Of a DNA stretch of 64,000 nucleotides, positions 24,552 to 34,319 are shown piece by piece. The position numbers were made by a program, and so were the translations under genes. The stretch's first letter is position 1, and each line of letters starts with the position of its first letter. This DNA is from Candidatus Parcubacteria bacterium (GTDB lineage: Bacteria; Patescibacteriota; Minisyncoccia; UBA6257; 2-01-FULL-56-20): the NCBI GenBank assembly GCA_027324805.1, contig DAHVRZ010000003.1:1294-65293 (forward strand), read 5' to 3'. The notes beneath the pieces are model-generated. The model was not told the origin of the DNA and made no database searches. It saw nothing but the letters and a program-made list of their open reading frames with translations.

Positions 24552-25697
24552 ATGTCGCCACGCGCACGTTCTTCATCCTCAACCAAAGCGCCCACCGCGA
24601 AAAGACTTCGGGCGGGCGCCCCCGACTATTTTCTTCTTGCGATCTTTGCAATACTCATCGTCTTTGGCCTTGCCATGCTCGCTTCCGCATCTTCCGACCT
24701 GGGAAAGATCCAATTCAACAACAGTTATTACTACATCGAACACCAGTTGCTCTACGGGCTTACGATCGGCGTTCTGGGATTTTTTGTTGCATATAAAATA
24801 AATTATCAGAGATTCAAAAAACTGGCGTTTATCCTTCTTCTTGTCAGTCTTTTCTTCCTTGTGCTCGTGTTCACGCCCCTTGGATCGGTAGTGAACAGTA
24901 CGAATCGTTGGCTCCGTTTCGGCCCGTTGAGCTTTCAGCCCGCCGAGCTTATGAAGCTTACCTATCTCATTTATCTTGGGGCGTGGCTATCAAATGCGAA
25001 ATTCAAACGCGCCACAGACCTCCAGTCGGGGTTCCTTCCGTTCGCGATCGTTTCGGGTATTATTGCGGCGCTTCTTATTCTTCAGCCGGCGACGAGTACC
25101 GTTGCCATCCTCATTGCCTCGGGCCTCGTCGTTTACTTTGTAAGCGGTGCTCCTTTCAGATATATCCTCACATTCATTGGCATCGGCATTGCGGTCATCG
25201 CACTCGTCATTCTCGCTACGCCATACCGCCGCGCGCGCATCGAGGGATTCCTCAATAAAGGATCGAATGTCCAAGGGCAGAACTACCAGGTGGACCAGGC
25301 GCTTATCGCCATCGGCTCCGGCGGAGTTGCGGGTGTCGGCTACGGTCAGTCGGCGGTCAAAGCGAGCTATCTGCCCGACCCGATCGACGATTCGATCTTT
25401 GCCGTTATTGCCGAAGAACTCGGCTTCATCGGGGCCGCGTCGCTCGTCGTGCTTTTTGCGCTGCTCACCTTCCGGATGTTCCAGCTTGCACGGCGGATAG
25501 GGGATCAGTTCGGGCGGCTCCTCCTTATCGGCTTCGGCACCGTGATCGCGTTCCAGGCATTGGTGAATATGGCATCGATCTCCGGCGTTATTCCGCTCAC
25601 CGGCGTACCGCTGCCCTTTGTAAGCTACGGCGGCACCGCGCTCGCCGTATTTACGACGATGATGGGATTATCACTGAACATCTCGCGATACGCATGA
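24552..25697 (+). CDS. ftsW: SEDS-family peptidoglycan glycosyltransferase FtsW/RodA
   Basis: Polytopic membrane protein with RWLRFGPLSFQPAELMKL and PLPFVSYGGTA (SEDS signature). Next to murG. Confidence 0.85.
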   Translation: MSPRARSSSSTKAPTAKRLRAGAPDYFLLAIFAILIVFGLAMLASASSDLGKIQFNNSYYYIEHQLLYGLTIGVLGFFVAYKINYQRFKKLAFILLLVSLFFLVLVFTPLGSVVNSTNRWLRFGPLSFQPAELMKLTYLIYLGAWLSNAKFKRATDLQSGFLPFAIVSGIIAALLILQPATSTVAILIASGLVVYFVSGAPFRYILTFIGIGIAVIALVILATPYRRARIEGFLNKGSNVQGQNYQVDQALIAIGSGGVAGVGYGQSAVKASYLPDPIDDSIFAVIAEELGFIGAASLVVLFALLTFRMFQLARRIGDQFGRLLLIGFGTVIAFQALVNMASISGVIPLTGVPLPFVSYGGTALAVFTTMMGLSLNISRYA

Positions 25698-25710
25698 TAT
25701 CATTAGTGCT

Positions 25711-26853
25711 ATGGCCGATACGGAAAAGTTTTTGATGGTCTTCACGGGCGGCGGAAGCGGTGGCCATGTCTATCCGCTCATCGCCGTTTCCGAAGCCCTC
25801 CGGAAGCGCCTCGCCGCGCTCAATGCGCCGTACGAGTATTTTTATATGGGGCCGAAGGACCAATATGCCTCGTTGCTTGCCGAGCAGGGGATGGCCATAC
25901 GTCCGATCACTGCCGGCAAGGTGCGGCGCTACCTTTCACTTCAGAATATCCTCGACATCCCGAAGTTCATTATCGGGTTCATCCAGTCGCTTTGGGGATT
26001 ATATGTGATCATGCCCGACATCGTTTTCTCGAAAGGAGGTACGGGATCGCTCGGGGTCGTCATAGCCGCGTGGTTCTATCGCATTCCCGTGCTCATCCAT
26101 GAATCCGATGCCCAGCCGGGCCTTAATAACCTTCTCTCCGCGCGTTTTTCGCGCGAGATATTCGTGAGCTTTGATCGCGCGGCAAAGTATTTCAATCCCG
26201 CGATCACCAAAGTCGTCGGGTCGCCGCTCCGCCCCGACCTTCTCGCACAACGGACCACGCGCGAGCTTGCCAAGGAAAATCTCGGATTCGACCCCTCGAA
26301 ACCGCTCGTTCTCATTCTTGGTGGTTCTCAGGGTTCGACACGCATCAATGAGTTTATTCTCGCGAATTTTGCCGAGCTTCTCAGGCGAACTCAGGTACTC
26401 CACCAGACCGGCCAAGCGAATTTCGCCGACGTTGAAAAGCTTTCCCACGCCGCTCTTCTTGAGACAGGCACGGAAAGCCGTTACCAGGCAGTGCCGTACT
26501 TCGCCGGCACTTTGGCCATGGCGATGACCGCGGCGGATCTCGTCATATCGCGCTCCGGCAGTTCCGTGTTCGAACTCGCGGCATTCGGCCTTCCCTCCAT
26601 CCTTATTCCTCTTGCCGAATCGGCAAACGGACACCAGCTTATCGATGCGGAGGAGTTTGCAAAGACGGGCGCAGCAATCGTGATCGAAGAGGAAAATCTT
26701 TTGCCAGGAATCTTTTTCGGCCAGATCGATCGTATCCTTTCCGATGACGGTTTGCGCGCCAAAATGAGCGCGGCCTCGGCGAAGTTTTTTATTCCGAATG
26801 CGGCCGAAACGATAGCTGGCGACATCATCGCCATCGTTGCCGCGACCGAATAA
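25711..26853 (+). CDS. murG: Undecaprenyl-PP-MurNAc-pentapeptide-UDPGlcNAc GlcNAc transferase MurG
   Basis: FTGGGSGGHVYPLIAV... is the G-loop. C-terminal ...GGSQGS... matches GT28 MurG. Confidence 0.9.
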   Translation: MADTEKFLMVFTGGGSGGHVYPLIAVSEALRKRLAALNAPYEYFYMGPKDQYASLLAEQGMAIRPITAGKVRRYLSLQNILDIPKFIIGFIQSLWGLYVIMPDIVFSKGGTGSLGVVIAAWFYRIPVLIHESDAQPGLNNLLSARFSREIFVSFDRAAKYFNPAITKVVGSPLRPDLLAQRTTRELAKENLGFDPSKPLVLILGGSQGSTRINEFILANFAELLRRTQVLHQTGQANFADVEKLSHAALLETGTESRYQAVPYFAGTLAMAMTAADLVISRSGSSVFELAAFGLPSILIPLAESANGHQLIDAEEFAKTGAAIVIEEENLLPGIFFGQIDRILSDDGLRAKMSAASAKFFIPNAAETIAGDIIAIVAATE

Positions 26854-26915
26854 AGCGCCCGAATAGCTATTGATCCGGATGGATTTTTCTTCGATTTTGT
26901 GGTAAAATAGGCCTC

Positions 26916-28475
26916 ATGGAACTTTCTGCGGTAAAAACCGTGGCACCAAGCCTTGCGACCGAACCCGCGCTTGCTCCGGCAGAGGAGGATGAAAAGGTGC
27001 GCGTTCGCATCGCTCCGAGCCCGACGGGACCTCTCCATATCGGTACCGCTCGCACAGCCCTCTTTAATTGGCTTTTTGCCCGCCAGCAAGGCGGCAAATT
27101 TATTCTGCGCATCGAAGATACGGACAAGGAACGCTCCGAGAAGCAATATGAGCAGATGATCTTCGATGGCCTTTCCTGGCTCGGTTTCGATTGGGACGAA
27201 GGGCCGACCCTGAATACCGACGGGACCATCGGTCCGGACAAGGGCGCATTCGGTCCATATCGGCAGAGCGAACGAACCGCCATCTACCGCAAATACATCC
27301 AGGAACTTCTTGAAAAAGGGGAGGCGTATTATTGTTATTGCACCAAAGAGGATATTGAAGCCCAGCGGCAGGCGATGCTTGAGGCCGGCCTTCCGCCGCG
27401 CTACAGCGGTCATTGCCGCAACCTTACGCCGCCGCCCGACCGGAAGCCCGAAGTGATCCGTTTTAAGATACCGGAGATAAAAGTGGAGTTCACTGACATG
27501 ATTCACGGCAAAGCGTCGTTCGATGCCGCACTGCTCGGCGACCAGGTGATCGCGAAGGACCTCGATACGCCGCTCTATAATTTTGCGGTCGTGGTGGACG
27601 ATGCGCTCATGAGGATAACGCACGTCATCCGCGGTGACGATCATTTTTCGAATACACCGAAACAGATTCTCGTTCAACGCGCGCTTGGATTCCCGACGCC
27701 GCAATACGCCCATTTGCCGCTCATCCTGAACCCTGACCGGAGCAAGATGTCCAAACGGTTTTCTGACGTCGCACTCGCAAACTACCGCGAGCGGGGTTAC
27801 CTGCCCGATGCAATAGTCAATTTCCTCGGCCTCCTTGGCTGGCATCCGAAGGATGACCATGAGATATTCGACCGTGCGTTCGCGGTGGCGAATTTCGATA
27901 TCGCGCGCGTACAGAAGACCGGCGCCATCTTCAATGAGGAGAAGCTTGACTGGTTGAACCGCGAACATATGAAGGCCATGCCGATCGGTGAATTGGCCGC
28001 GCTCGTGAAGCCTTTCTTCGCAAAGGCCGGCATCGAAACCGCCGCGGCGGAGGTCCTCGATGATGGAAACGGATCAATGTTCGAACGGGCGGTTGCACTC
28101 CAGCTCGCCCGGGCTAAGACGCTTGCCGAGATCGCGGAGTCGGCCCGATTCCTTTTTGTGATGCCTTCCTACGAGCCAAAACTCCTGTGCTGGAAAGATT
28201 CTGCGCCGAACGATGCGCAGGACGCGCTTCGTGATGCCCAACAGGCGCTCACCGAACTTGATCAAGCGGGATTTTCATCTCGCGAAGCGCTCATGAATGC
28301 GCTCGCGCCCGCGACCGACGCACGAGGCAGGGGAGCGGTACTCTGGCCGCTCCGCGTTTCGCTCTCCGGCCAAAGCGCGTCTCCCGACCCCATGGAGATC
28401 ATGCAGGTTCTCGGTAAAACCGAATCGCTTAGGCGGATCGCGTCCGCGATCGCCGCGCTCGGATCAATGGGATAG
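26916..28475 (+). CDS. gltX: Glutamate--tRNA ligase
   Basis: RVRIAPSPTGPLHIGTARTALFNWLFAR...FILRIEDTD (HIGH region) and KMSKR (KMSKS motif). Confidence 0.9.
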   Translation: MELSAVKTVAPSLATEPALAPAEEDEKVRVRIAPSPTGPLHIGTARTALFNWLFARQQGGKFILRIEDTDKERSEKQYEQMIFDGLSWLGFDWDEGPTLNTDGTIGPDKGAFGPYRQSERTAIYRKYIQELLEKGEAYYCYCTKEDIEAQRQAMLEAGLPPRYSGHCRNLTPPPDRKPEVIRFKIPEIKVEFTDMIHGKASFDAALLGDQVIAKDLDTPLYNFAVVVDDALMRITHVIRGDDHFSNTPKQILVQRALGFPTPQYAHLPLILNPDRSKMSKRFSDVALANYRERGYLPDAIVNFLGLLGWHPKDDHEIFDRAFAVANFDIARVQKTGAIFNEEKLDWLNREHMKAMPIGELAALVKPFFAKAGIETAAAEVLDDGNGSMFERAVALQLARAKTLAEIAESARFLFVMPSYEPKLLCWKDSAPNDAQDALRDAQQALTELDQAGFSSREALMNALAPATDARGRGAVLWPLRVSLSGQSASPDPMEIMQVLGKTESLRRIASAIAALGSMG

Positions 28476-28522
28476 AGAGATTGTCGTATCAGTAAAAACG
28501 TTCTATCATAATTTCATAGGCA

Positions 28523-29014
28523 ATGAACAAAACTTTTCCCGCGTTCGTTGCGTCGGTTATCGCAGCTATGCCGCTGGTCGTTTTTATTGTGTTTGTGGGT
28601 GCAGTTCCGAAAGAGGCTCACGCGTATGCCGTAGGACCCGTCGCCCCATCCGCGAACAATTCCGGAGCTCCCATCGGCCAGGGATACGATTTTACGAACT
28701 CATTTCAGAATCTTGTATCGTCATTTACATCATTTTTTAACAACATCAAAAGTACCAACAGCACCCTATCGATCTCCGGCAATTCCGCAGGGACATCGAA
28801 CGGCGTGCCGCAAGGCGTCACGGTCACCGTGGATTGGCAATCGTATTTGAGTCGTTTCGATACATGGTTCTATGGCGCGACCGGCGTGAATATAGGAGGG
28901 CTGACCAATTTCGTGATCAACTTTTTCGCTTGGTTGTTCGGGATGCTACAAGGGGTTGTGGCATGGATTGCTAATTTTCTTACCGGAGCTATTCGACAGA
29001 CCAGCGGGGCATAA
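28523..29014 (+). CDS. Hypothetical secreted/membrane protein (signal peptide plus C-terminal hydrophobic hairpin)
   Basis: Signal peptide MNKTFPAFVASVIAAMPLVVFIVFVGAVPKEAHA. C-terminal ~35 aa hydrophobic segment. Confidence 0.45.
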   Translation: MNKTFPAFVASVIAAMPLVVFIVFVGAVPKEAHAYAVGPVAPSANNSGAPIGQGYDFTNSFQNLVSSFTSFFNNIKSTNSTLSISGNSAGTSNGVPQGVTVTVDWQSYLSRFDTWFYGATGVNIGGLTNFVINFFAWLFGMLQGVVAWIANFLTGAIRQTSGA

Positions 29015-29156
29015 GTTTCTCCTTTTTCATTCGCGCCTGAATATATGTCGTAAAATATATCTTGTGCGACAGATAGTATTTTGCGATTAGCTCTTTTCCC
29101 TTTTGATCCTGGCAACCTATTTTATAAGGATTGCTGAATCATATATAATTACCGCA

Positions 29157-30569
29157 ATGATTTCACAAAAAAACCATTCTCCGCAACGATCGGCATATTT
29201 CATCGGTATTGGCGGTATTGGGATAAGCTATCTCGCCCGCTATTTGGCAGATAAAGGATGGCGCGTTTCCGGTTCCGATGCCCAAAGGAGTTCCATCACC
29301 AATGAACTCAATAAAGAAGGTATAAAGGTTAAAATTGGGCACAGTAAGGCCGATTTTGGCCTCAAAACGGCCCCAGGAGAGGTTTTTGACCGCATTATCT
29401 ATAATAGAGCCATTCGACCGGATAACCCCGAATTTAAGGCTGCCCATAAGGCGAATATACCCCTTATTCCCTATGCCGAGGCACTCGGGGAGATTACGCA
29501 ACAATATGAAACTATTGCCATAACCGGATCGCATGGGAAAAGCACGACCACCGCGTTGTCGGCGGTGACGCTTATACGTGCCAAACTCGATCCGACGGTC
29601 TTTGTGGGCACAAAGTTGCCGGATCTTGGGGGTAGGAATATTCGCATCGGTAAGAGCAAATGGCTCGTCCTTGAGGCCGACGATTACCAGGCTGCATTTC
29701 TCAGTTACTCCCCTTCGATCGCGATCGTCACGAATATTGACCGCGAGCACATGGATTTCTATAAAACATTCGTGAACGTAAAACGCGCGTTCCTTGGGTT
29801 CCTCGCTCGTACGCGACAAGGAGGCACGCTCATCCTGAACAGGGATGACGCGCCGCTATGGTCGCTCCGTGCAAAAATCACGGTCCTTGCCAAAAAAAAT
29901 GCGCTCACGGTGATTTGGTATTCCCGTACCGATGCGGTGGCGGCGCGCGTTAAAAAGCATCTTTCCCTTTCCGGCCCGCACAACCTTTCGAATGCGCTCG
30001 CCGCGTATGCTCTCGGGAGACGGTTGAATATTCCGCAGACGAAGATACTCGCCGCGCTTCACTCCTATCGCGGCGCATGGCGGCGGATGGAATACCGCGG
30101 CGACGTAAAAATGGGCGTGACATCGGTGAAGATATTCGACGATTATGCGCACCATCCATCGGAGATCAAAGCTACCATCGCCGCATTCCGCGAAAAGTTT
30201 CCGCATGCGCCGCTCCTTGTGGCATTCCAGCCGCATCAGGCCCGCCGTCTCGAGGTGCTTTTCAAGGAATTCCAGGGTGCATTCGATGGCGCGGATGTGG
30301 TATGGATCTCGCCCATCTATAAGGTGGCCGGTCGGGATGAAGACGCAAGGCTCGATTCGGCCGCTCTCGTCCGCGCCATACAGAAGCGTTCCCCTGCTCG
30401 ACTCGTGTTCTATCTCGAGGATCTGAAGCGTCTCGGTATCGCGCTAAAAGAAATCATTGCCACTCCCCTTTTTCGGAATCAAAAGCAGGCAGTGCTCGTT
30501 ATGATGGGTGCCGGAAATATCGTTGGGCAGACTGACGGATTGCTGCTGAAACACAACTATAAAAAATGA
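29157..30569 (+). CDS. murC: UDP-N-acetylmuramate--L-alanine ligase MurC
   Basis: FIGIGGIGISYLARYLADKGWRVSGSD, ITGSHGKSTT and DYAHHPSEI are Mur ligase motifs. Start at ATG 29157 is preferred over 29103. Confidence 0.85.
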   Translation: MISQKNHSPQRSAYFIGIGGIGISYLARYLADKGWRVSGSDAQRSSITNELNKEGIKVKIGHSKADFGLKTAPGEVFDRIIYNRAIRPDNPEFKAAHKANIPLIPYAEALGEITQQYETIAITGSHGKSTTTALSAVTLIRAKLDPTVFVGTKLPDLGGRNIRIGKSKWLVLEADDYQAAFLSYSPSIAIVTNIDREHMDFYKTFVNVKRAFLGFLARTRQGGTLILNRDDAPLWSLRAKITVLAKKNALTVIWYSRTDAVAARVKKHLSLSGPHNLSNALAAYALGRRLNIPQTKILAALHSYRGAWRRMEYRGDVKMGVTSVKIFDDYAHHPSEIKATIAAFREKFPHAPLLVAFQPHQARRLEVLFKEFQGAFDGADVVWISPIYKVAGRDEDARLDSAALVRAIQKRSPARLVFYLEDLKRLGIALKEIIATPLFRNQKQAVLVMMGAGNIVGQTDGLLLKHNYKK

Positions 30570-31333
30570 TCGAAGATCCGAAGACACTCGAAGAATTCAA
30601 GGAACAATCAGGGTACATCATTGATGATCTATGGTATCCGCGTGTCACAAAGATCGTGACGATCAAGGCAAAGCCGGCGCTCTATTATTACTATGGCGAA
30701 GCGAAAAGCTACAAGGCGGCGCAGCTCGCGACGGAGCAATCCGCGCGCGAAGGCACGATGATCCATGAAGCGGTCGAAGGGCTGCTCCTCGACAAGAATC
30801 CGCAGGTTCCAGCCGCTATCGTGCCGGCGGTCAAGTCGTTCAGTGCATTCATGATGGCAAATCGGATCGAGGTGGCACCGGAGCTCGTTGAGCGGCGCAT
30901 CGTGAATTACGATCATCGTTACGCGGGTACTGTGGATGCAATCGCACGGATCGGCGGAAAGCTTGGCGTACTTGATATAAAAACATCGGCGTCCGTATAT
31001 CGCGACTATTCCCTCCAGACATCGGCATATATGGATGCGTTGAAGGACGAATTCCCGGAACTTTCCACTCGCTGGATCCTGCGTATCGACCAGATCCAAC
31101 GGTGCGTGCAATGCAATGCAATGCGGCGCGTAAAAGGAGGGGTTGAGAAAGTGAAAGTTGATTGGCGCGATCCCGCTATGCGTCGATGCATCCACGAGTG
31201 GGGTGATCCGTTCGGCGAGATCGAGCTTAAAGAATTTCCCGGCTGGCAGAATGATTTCCTCGCATTTTTGGGTGCAAAAAAGCTTTGGGAATGGGAGAAC
31301 GAGGACTGGCTCACCAAGGCGGGATACCTTTGA
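30566..31333 (+). CDS. PD-(D/E)XK nuclease-superfamily protein (Cas4/RecB-nuclease-like) with C-terminal Cys cluster
   Basis: GTVDAI (D), LDIKTS (D/E-x-K) and QTSAYM (QxxxY) arranged as in RecB/Cas4 nuclease cores. Followed by CVQCN...C. ATGA overlap with murC. Confidence 0.55.
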   Translation: MIEDPKTLEEFKEQSGYIIDDLWYPRVTKIVTIKAKPALYYYYGEAKSYKAAQLATEQSAREGTMIHEAVEGLLLDKNPQVPAAIVPAVKSFSAFMMANRIEVAPELVERRIVNYDHRYAGTVDAIARIGGKLGVLDIKTSASVYRDYSLQTSAYMDALKDEFPELSTRWILRIDQIQRCVQCNAMRRVKGGVEKVKVDWRDPAMRRCIHEWGDPFGEIELKEFPGWQNDFLAFLGAKKLWEWENEDWLTKAGYL

Positions 31334-31487
31334 AACACCGGAGGGCTCCATAGCGTATAATAAAAAGGAACAGCCGGAGTTTTAATGCCTTTCAAAGGTC
31401 GACAAAACAGAAAAGCAAAGGCATTGGCACCCCGACTTTTGAGTTTTTGGTCTTAAAACCCTTAATTAACCCCTATCTACTTAAACC

Positions 31488-31772
31488 ATGCGAAAGACCA
31501 TCCTTTGGGCGATTATAGCCATTATTGTGGTCGGCGGCGGAATATGGTGGTGGGCGGCGACCAGGAATCCCGCTGCGTCACCTTCCAATCCCCCGCTCTC
31601 GACGAATCAAGCAACAAATCCGGTTCCTACATCTTCCCTTCCCCAGGGCAACTCCAATCAGGCGATCTCTCAGGAAATGACGAGTATCAATGCGCAGATG
31701 AATGGCCTCAGTTCCGACACGGCCAACATCAGCTCCAGCCTGAACGATCAGCCGATACAGCAGGCGCAATAA
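31488..31772 (+). CDS. Small membrane-anchored protein (94 aa), hypothetical
   Basis: MRKTILWAIIAIIVVGGGIWWWAA followed by a P/S/N-rich tail. Confidence 0.4.
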   Translation: MRKTILWAIIAIIVVGGGIWWWAATRNPAASPSNPPLSTNQATNPVPTSSLPQGNSNQAISQEMTSINAQMNGLSSDTANISSSLNDQPIQQAQ

Positions 31773-31778
31773 CGAACC

Positions 31779-32696
31779 ATGCATACCATGAACAAACAAT
31801 TCATCCATAAATTAGCGGGAATGGCCGCAGGTACGGCATTGCTTGCCGCCGGAGCGGCCATGCCGGCATTTGCCGTGACTGCGAACGTCGGCGCCGGGCT
31901 TGGCGCATCTGCGGGAATTTCCACGAGTGCCCCCGGTATCGGTCACGAACGCGCCGGTCTGTCGGCGAATGCGAGTGGCACGATCGGCATCGGCATTAAA
32001 GGAGCCTCGGTAACGACGATAATGAAGCGCGCGAATGAGGAGATCACTCGCCGCATTACGGCTCTTAATAATCTCAGTGTGCGCATAGGAGCTATGGTGC
32101 GATTGTCCAGCGGTGAACGGGAGAATCTTTCCTCTGCTATTGGGTCGCAGATTGCAGCGCTCAACGCGTTAAAAACGAAGATCGACGCCGATGTGTCCGC
32201 CAATAACACAACGACGCTTAAAGCGGATGTGCAATCGATTATAACGTCGTATCGCACTTTCATGCTTGTCATTCCGCAGGGCGCCATTGAAGCGGCCGCG
32301 GATCGGATACTCTCCATTTCCGGGATAATGAGTGACTTGAGCACCAAGCTTTCGTCTCGCATTTCCGCGGCGGCAGCCGCGGGCAATAATGTAAGCGCAT
32401 CGCAGACGGCACTTGCGGACATGAATGCGAAGCTATCCGATGCGAATACACAGGTACAGGCCGCCAATGCAGAGGTGGTGTCCCTCACTTCCGACAATGG
32501 GAGTTCAACGATAATGCAGGCGAACACCGCAGCACTGCAGGATGCGCGTGCCAAAATCGTCGCATCCCAGCACGACCTTATCGCCGCGCGGACCGATGCA
32601 ATGACGATCATCAAAGCGCTCGGCGGCTATAAGGTTCCGGTAAGCGCTACGACGACGGCAACGGTTTCATCTTCCGCCTCGACGAGCGCTCACTAA
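31779..32696 (+). CDS. Secreted Ala/Ser/Thr-rich, predicted helical protein, hypothetical
   Basis: Signal peptide MHTMNKQFIHKLAGMAAGTALLAAGAAMPAFA, then low-complexity A/S/T-rich sequence with a heptad-like pattern. A strong terminator follows. Confidence 0.55.
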   Translation: MHTMNKQFIHKLAGMAAGTALLAAGAAMPAFAVTANVGAGLGASAGISTSAPGIGHERAGLSANASGTIGIGIKGASVTTIMKRANEEITRRITALNNLSVRIGAMVRLSSGERENLSSAIGSQIAALNALKTKIDADVSANNTTTLKADVQSIITSYRTFMLVIPQGAIEAAADRILSISGIMSDLSTKLSSRISAAAAAGNNVSASQTALADMNAKLSDANTQVQAANAEVVSLTSDNGSSTIMQANTAALQDARAKIVASQHDLIAARTDAMTIIKALGGYKVPVSATTTATVSSSASTSAH

Positions 32697-32718
32697 AAGA
32701 ACCGTTCGTTGACCGGAT

Positions 32719-32748
32719 AAAAAAGCCGCCGAAGGGCGGCTTTTTTTA
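32719..32748. terminator. Bidirectional rho-independent terminator (GCCGCC-GAAG-GGCGGC between an A-run and a T-run)
   Basis: AAAAAAGCCGCCGAAGGGCGGCTTTTTTT lies between convergent genes ending at 32696 (+) and 32765 (-). Confidence 0.75.
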
Positions 32749-32764
32749 TGACCCGTTATATTAT

Positions 32765-33463
32765 TTATTGCCAGACCTCGGTGATGGGGATCGTCGATGT
32801 CGATTTCACAATGGGCATTCCTGATGTCGAATTTGCGGGCGCTGCGGCTATCGTTCCCACCTCCGCCGTCCAAACACTCGAAGAATTATTGATAGTGAAG
32901 ATATTCAGATCGCTTCCAAGCGGACCCGGTGCACATCCAAAAGAAGGAATATCGCCGCTTTGGGTTATGGGAAGGGTCCCGGTGTAGGGCGAGCAAAGCG
33001 TACCTCCTTGCAGTTCGATCAGCCATGCATTGTCGGAAGGCTGGTTGCCTTGTACTGGCTGTGACGCGGGAAGTGGTTTTGTGAGGGCGAGAACGAACGT
33101 CGAAGTGGAAGCGGGATCCAACGGATTTACATTGCAAAGCAATTTTTGCTGTCCGGGAATCTGGAAGCATGGATCACTGACCGCATTGCCGACCGTACAT
33201 CGCCAAGCGTCGCCTCGAAACGGTGCCGAGATGGAATTGGTCCAGCAGGACCCTTGATGAACAGGGGTGGAGCTTGCCGGTATCGGTGCAACATATTGAA
33301 TGATCTGGGTTGCCGCCGAAGCGGGCGCGGTCGTTGCCGAATTCGAGGATGTCGCTGATGGCGATATGGGAGCGCTTACTGGTCCCGCGAAAAATTCGCC
33401 GATGCCGAAAATGACGACAAGTACGAGAACGATGACGATGATGATTTTGTTCGTGTTCTTCAT
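32765..33463 (-). CDS. Secreted/membrane-anchored hypothetical protein
   Basis: N-terminal TM/signal MKNTNKIIIVIVLVLVVIFGIGEFFA, followed by S/T/P-rich sequence. Confidence 0.5.
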   Translation of the reverse strand: MKNTNKIIIVIVLVLVVIFGIGEFFAGPVSAPISPSATSSNSATTAPASAATQIIQYVAPIPASSTPVHQGSCWTNSISAPFRGDAWRCTVGNAVSDPCFQIPGQQKLLCNVNPLDPASTSTFVLALTKPLPASQPVQGNQPSDNAWLIELQGGTLCSPYTGTLPITQSGDIPSFGCAPGPLGSDLNIFTINNSSSVWTAEVGTIAAAPANSTSGMPIVKSTSTIPITEVWQ

Positions 33464-33482
33464 TGTGCGGATACCGGGGCGT

Positions 33483-34229
33483 TTATATGAACGTGAACGT
33501 GCTGATGATATTTTTCATGAGAGCGTCTATTGTTGCTCCGTTGAATGGTTTGAGATTATACGATTGCGGATAATTCATGATTTGTGCGGAATGGATGGTA
33601 TATTCGATCGCGTAGCATTTGCCGGCGTGAAGGGTCCGATAGCTTGTCGTATCATAATAATTCCCCGCCCCGGCATCGGATGACTTGAATACGGTGAAGG
33701 TAACGCCGTTGATGGTCGTCGTCGAAGTGGCGTTTTGCAACGGTCCCCCATTCGTATCGGGTACAAGACATTGCGCGACCGCCGTATTTGCACCACTCGC
33801 GCCGATGGTGAGGGTCGCATCAATGAAATTCGTTTGTGGCTCGAACGCCCGCGGAACGGTGAGCGTAAAATATTGGATACCTTTCGTGCTGTTTGAACCG
33901 AGGCGCCAATCTGTTGATGGTGCGGTTGAATAATTATCCTGCGTATCGAAATCAATCGGATAAGCGACACTAAAACCGCCGCGCGTGTTGTTGGTATCAG
34001 TTTGCCATTCGGACGGCGTCACATAATACGGAATAAGCGCACCGGACGTGGATTGCGTTTGAATCGCTGATAGGCCGGCCGAGGAAAGGAATTCACTATT
34101 GGCCTGTCCGGCCATTTGCCCGTACAGGATTCCGAGCCAAAGGCCGATGAACGGAAAAATCACAAACAACGCCATCGAAAGAGCTTTGGAATACCAGGTC
34201 ACCTTATGCCACTTTATTTTCATATTCAT
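33483..34229 (-). CDS. Secreted/membrane-anchored hypothetical protein
   Basis: N-terminal TM/signal ...ALSMALFVIFPFIGLWLGILYG. Rich in T/S/N/G. Confidence 0.5.
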   Translation of the reverse strand: MNMKIKWHKVTWYSKALSMALFVIFPFIGLWLGILYGQMAGQANSEFLSSAGLSAIQTQSTSGALIPYYVTPSEWQTDTNNTRGGFSVAYPIDFDTQDNYSTAPSTDWRLGSNSTKGIQYFTLTVPRAFEPQTNFIDATLTIGASGANTAVAQCLVPDTNGGPLQNATSTTTINGVTFTVFKSSDAGAGNYYDTTSYRTLHAGKCYAIEYTIHSAQIMNYPQSYNLKPFNGATIDALMKNIISTFTFI

Positions 34230-34319
34230 TGAATTATTATACCATACCGCAGGATATCATTGAAAAAAGGAGCCTTCTTGGATATGATATCCGCAGTTCC
34301 GCAATAGGAGGTACGTTTT

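Noticed and set aside
31384-31460. Inverted repeat AATGCCTTT...AAAGGCATT followed by a T-rich tract in the 31334-31487 intergenic region
   Set aside because: The long loop and ambiguous pairing make it a weak terminator or structured-RNA candidate. I could not support a specific call.
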